DNA of 64,000 nucleotides from Thermodesulfobacteriota bacterium (GTDB lineage Bacteria; Desulfobacterota_D; UBA1144; Nemesobacterales; UBA2774): NCBI GenBank assembly GCA_963422265.1, contig OY729416.1, positions 192,001 to 256,000 of the forward strand, read 5' to 3'. Shown piece by piece: positions 62,350 to 64,000 of this stretch (position 1 is its first letter; each line of letters starts with the position of its first letter). The notes under the pieces were generated by a model. It saw only the letters and a program-made list of their open reading frames with translations, ran no database searches and was not told where the DNA came from. The position numbers and the translations under genes were made by a program.

Positions 62350-64000
62350 ATGAAAAGCATGATTCCACTTATTAAATTACCCAAATGGCAATTCGAGTTT
62401 GTTAGAGGTCGGCTTATCAGTTTCGCGTTTTGGGCGCTAGCCGTCATGGTTTTGGTCAATATACATTGGCTACATCTTTGGGGATTGCCCATGGTGCGAC
62501 CTGTTGGCTATGTGGTGATACTCATTGCTTGTCTGCTTCTGCTGGCATTGGTTGGCTTTAGAAGGTGGAAGTCTCCAGGAATGCCCGCCTTGTTGGTCTT
62601 CACCACAATAGCGTCTTATCTACTCATCGGCAGTGGCGTCTCATTTGTTACTGGTGCTGAATGGCAACAGGGAGTGGGTAAAAATATACTGCGTCAAGCC
62701 TTCTTTTTCATCATCCTGCTGGCGGTCACGCTCGGCAGCAGGATGATGCTGGAGCGAATCGGAATCGAGCAATTATTAAAAGGGGTACTTGTGATCCTAA
62801 TAGCGAGTTGCCTCATCGTTCTGGTCTCCCCGATCCTGCGTGATCTCGGCGTGCTGCCACTCTACAGATTGCCCTTTCGCTTTACTGGTGCCTTCACCGA
62901 TCCAAATGACGCCGGCTTCATTGGCTGCATGGCGATAGTTCTGGCGCTGGCATTTATATGCCACGGCGTCCAACGCAAACTCGCGTATCTAAGCCTGACG
63001 CTAGGTTACGGCGCGATACTGGTGTCGTTCTCAAAGTCGGCATCGTTACTTCTTTGCGTGTTATCGATTTTTGTTCTGCTGACGAACGGTTTTGGCAAAC
63101 GAAATCACATTCTCCGCTATCTGCCTATTCTGGGCTTGGGCGCTATCGTCATTCACCTGGACTTAGGTGGGCACCTAAACAAAGTCAACATATATCCTGA
63201 CTATAGCCGTAACACCTTCTGTTCCACGGTGTCCTCTAGTAACCCCGGCTTACGCAGCGATTGCAGCATTCTGCTAGCCGCGCGGGACCCCCTGTCTGGC
63301 GGTGTCGCACTGAACTGGAGCGATTCGGTTCCCATCCCCCTTTGGCAGGGAGTAATGCTTCAAGGGCGTGTTGTGGGGCTGGATTTATCGCACATGAATC
63401 TGAGTGGGCGTATTCCGCCGGAGCTTGGTGGATTAGACCAACTCGTCTTGCTGCGTCTTAACCACAATCGGCTCACTGGACCCATCCCGCTGGAATTGGG
63501 GAAGCTGTCAAACCTCATGGAGTTGAAAATCTCTGGACCCGTCCCGCTGGAATTGGGGAAGCTGATGAAAATGAACTCACTGAAAATGAACTCACTGGAC
63601 CCGTCCCGCTGGAGTTGGGGAAGCTGTCAAACCTCATGGAGTTAAATCTCGATGAAAATGAACTCACTGGCAGTGCCCCGGCAGAGTTCTTGGGTATGAA
63701 ATTTGGTCGTGATACCAGTTTGACCGTCGGTGGTGAGAAGCTTAAATACGGATTTTCAGGACGGCGAATCCACATGTGGCGATCCAGTCTCGATAAAATA
63801 TGGGAGTCGCCCATCCTCGGGAGCGGCATAGGCATCTTCCGGTCTCTTGATAGCGGCGCCCTCAACCATGAGGGCGAACCGGTGGGCATCCACAATACCT
63901 ACCTACGATTGATCGGTGAAGCAGGCATTGTCCCGTTGTTACTATACTGTCTTTTCCTCTTCTCATTGATGTGGTTACAGTGGGCTACTCCACGGTCACT
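62350..64000 (+). CDS. O-antigen ligase/polymerase (WaaL/Wzy-like) with inserted LRR domain; frame break near 63525-63597; 3'-truncated
   Basis: Multi-TM N-terminal part with RFTGAFTDPND and SFSKS, then LRRs (LSGRIPPELGGLDQL, LTGPIPLELGKLSNL). A second frame from 63597 gives RIHMW...PILGSGIG...HNTYL..IGEAG and is open to the window end. Confidence 0.78.

Noticed and set aside
63480-63670. Frame break in the LRR region as programmed frameshifting or phase variation
   Set aside because: The segment consists of scrambled partial copies of a 72-bp LRR unit (for example GAAAATGAACTCACT twice in a row) with no slippery run. Repeat mis-assembly or recombination is more likely.

Overview
Bacterial chromosomal window. 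The gene set and protein style tentatively suggest a Desulfobacterota/Ca. Dadabacteria-like aerobe, which is inference and not checked. Most of it is housekeeping: purC, phoH, purA-hisZ-serA, amtB plus a porin, rnr, a split dinG-like gene, gyrA, proB, mltG, copA, tpx, bioD, a six-gene alternative complex III operon and three tRNAs. There are three accessory blocks: (i) a helicase / N6-adenine methyltransferase / HEPN (DUF3644-like) defence operon at the left edge; (ii) an ~8 kb AT-rich island (type I R-M with fused HsdM-S plus an RloC-like ABC-ATPase) integrated at the 3' end of tRNA-Ser(CGA), whose attachment site splits the C-terminus of its own mostly deleted serine recombinase; (iii) a GC-richer polysaccharide locus at the right edge with an O-antigen ligase/polymerase-like gene carrying an internal LRR domain. 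The strongest candidate for an undescribed system is a RavA/MoxR-type AAA+ gene joined to a vWA gene through an A10 / A_AAA_AAG -1 slippery site. It would give both a short ATPase and an ATPase-linker-vWA fusion from one gene. Also notable are REP-like palindromes inserted in frame inside housekeeping proteins, a DinG-like gene split without loss of residues, and an unannotated 47-aa membrane protein coupled to the ACIII operon. No CRISPR array was seen.
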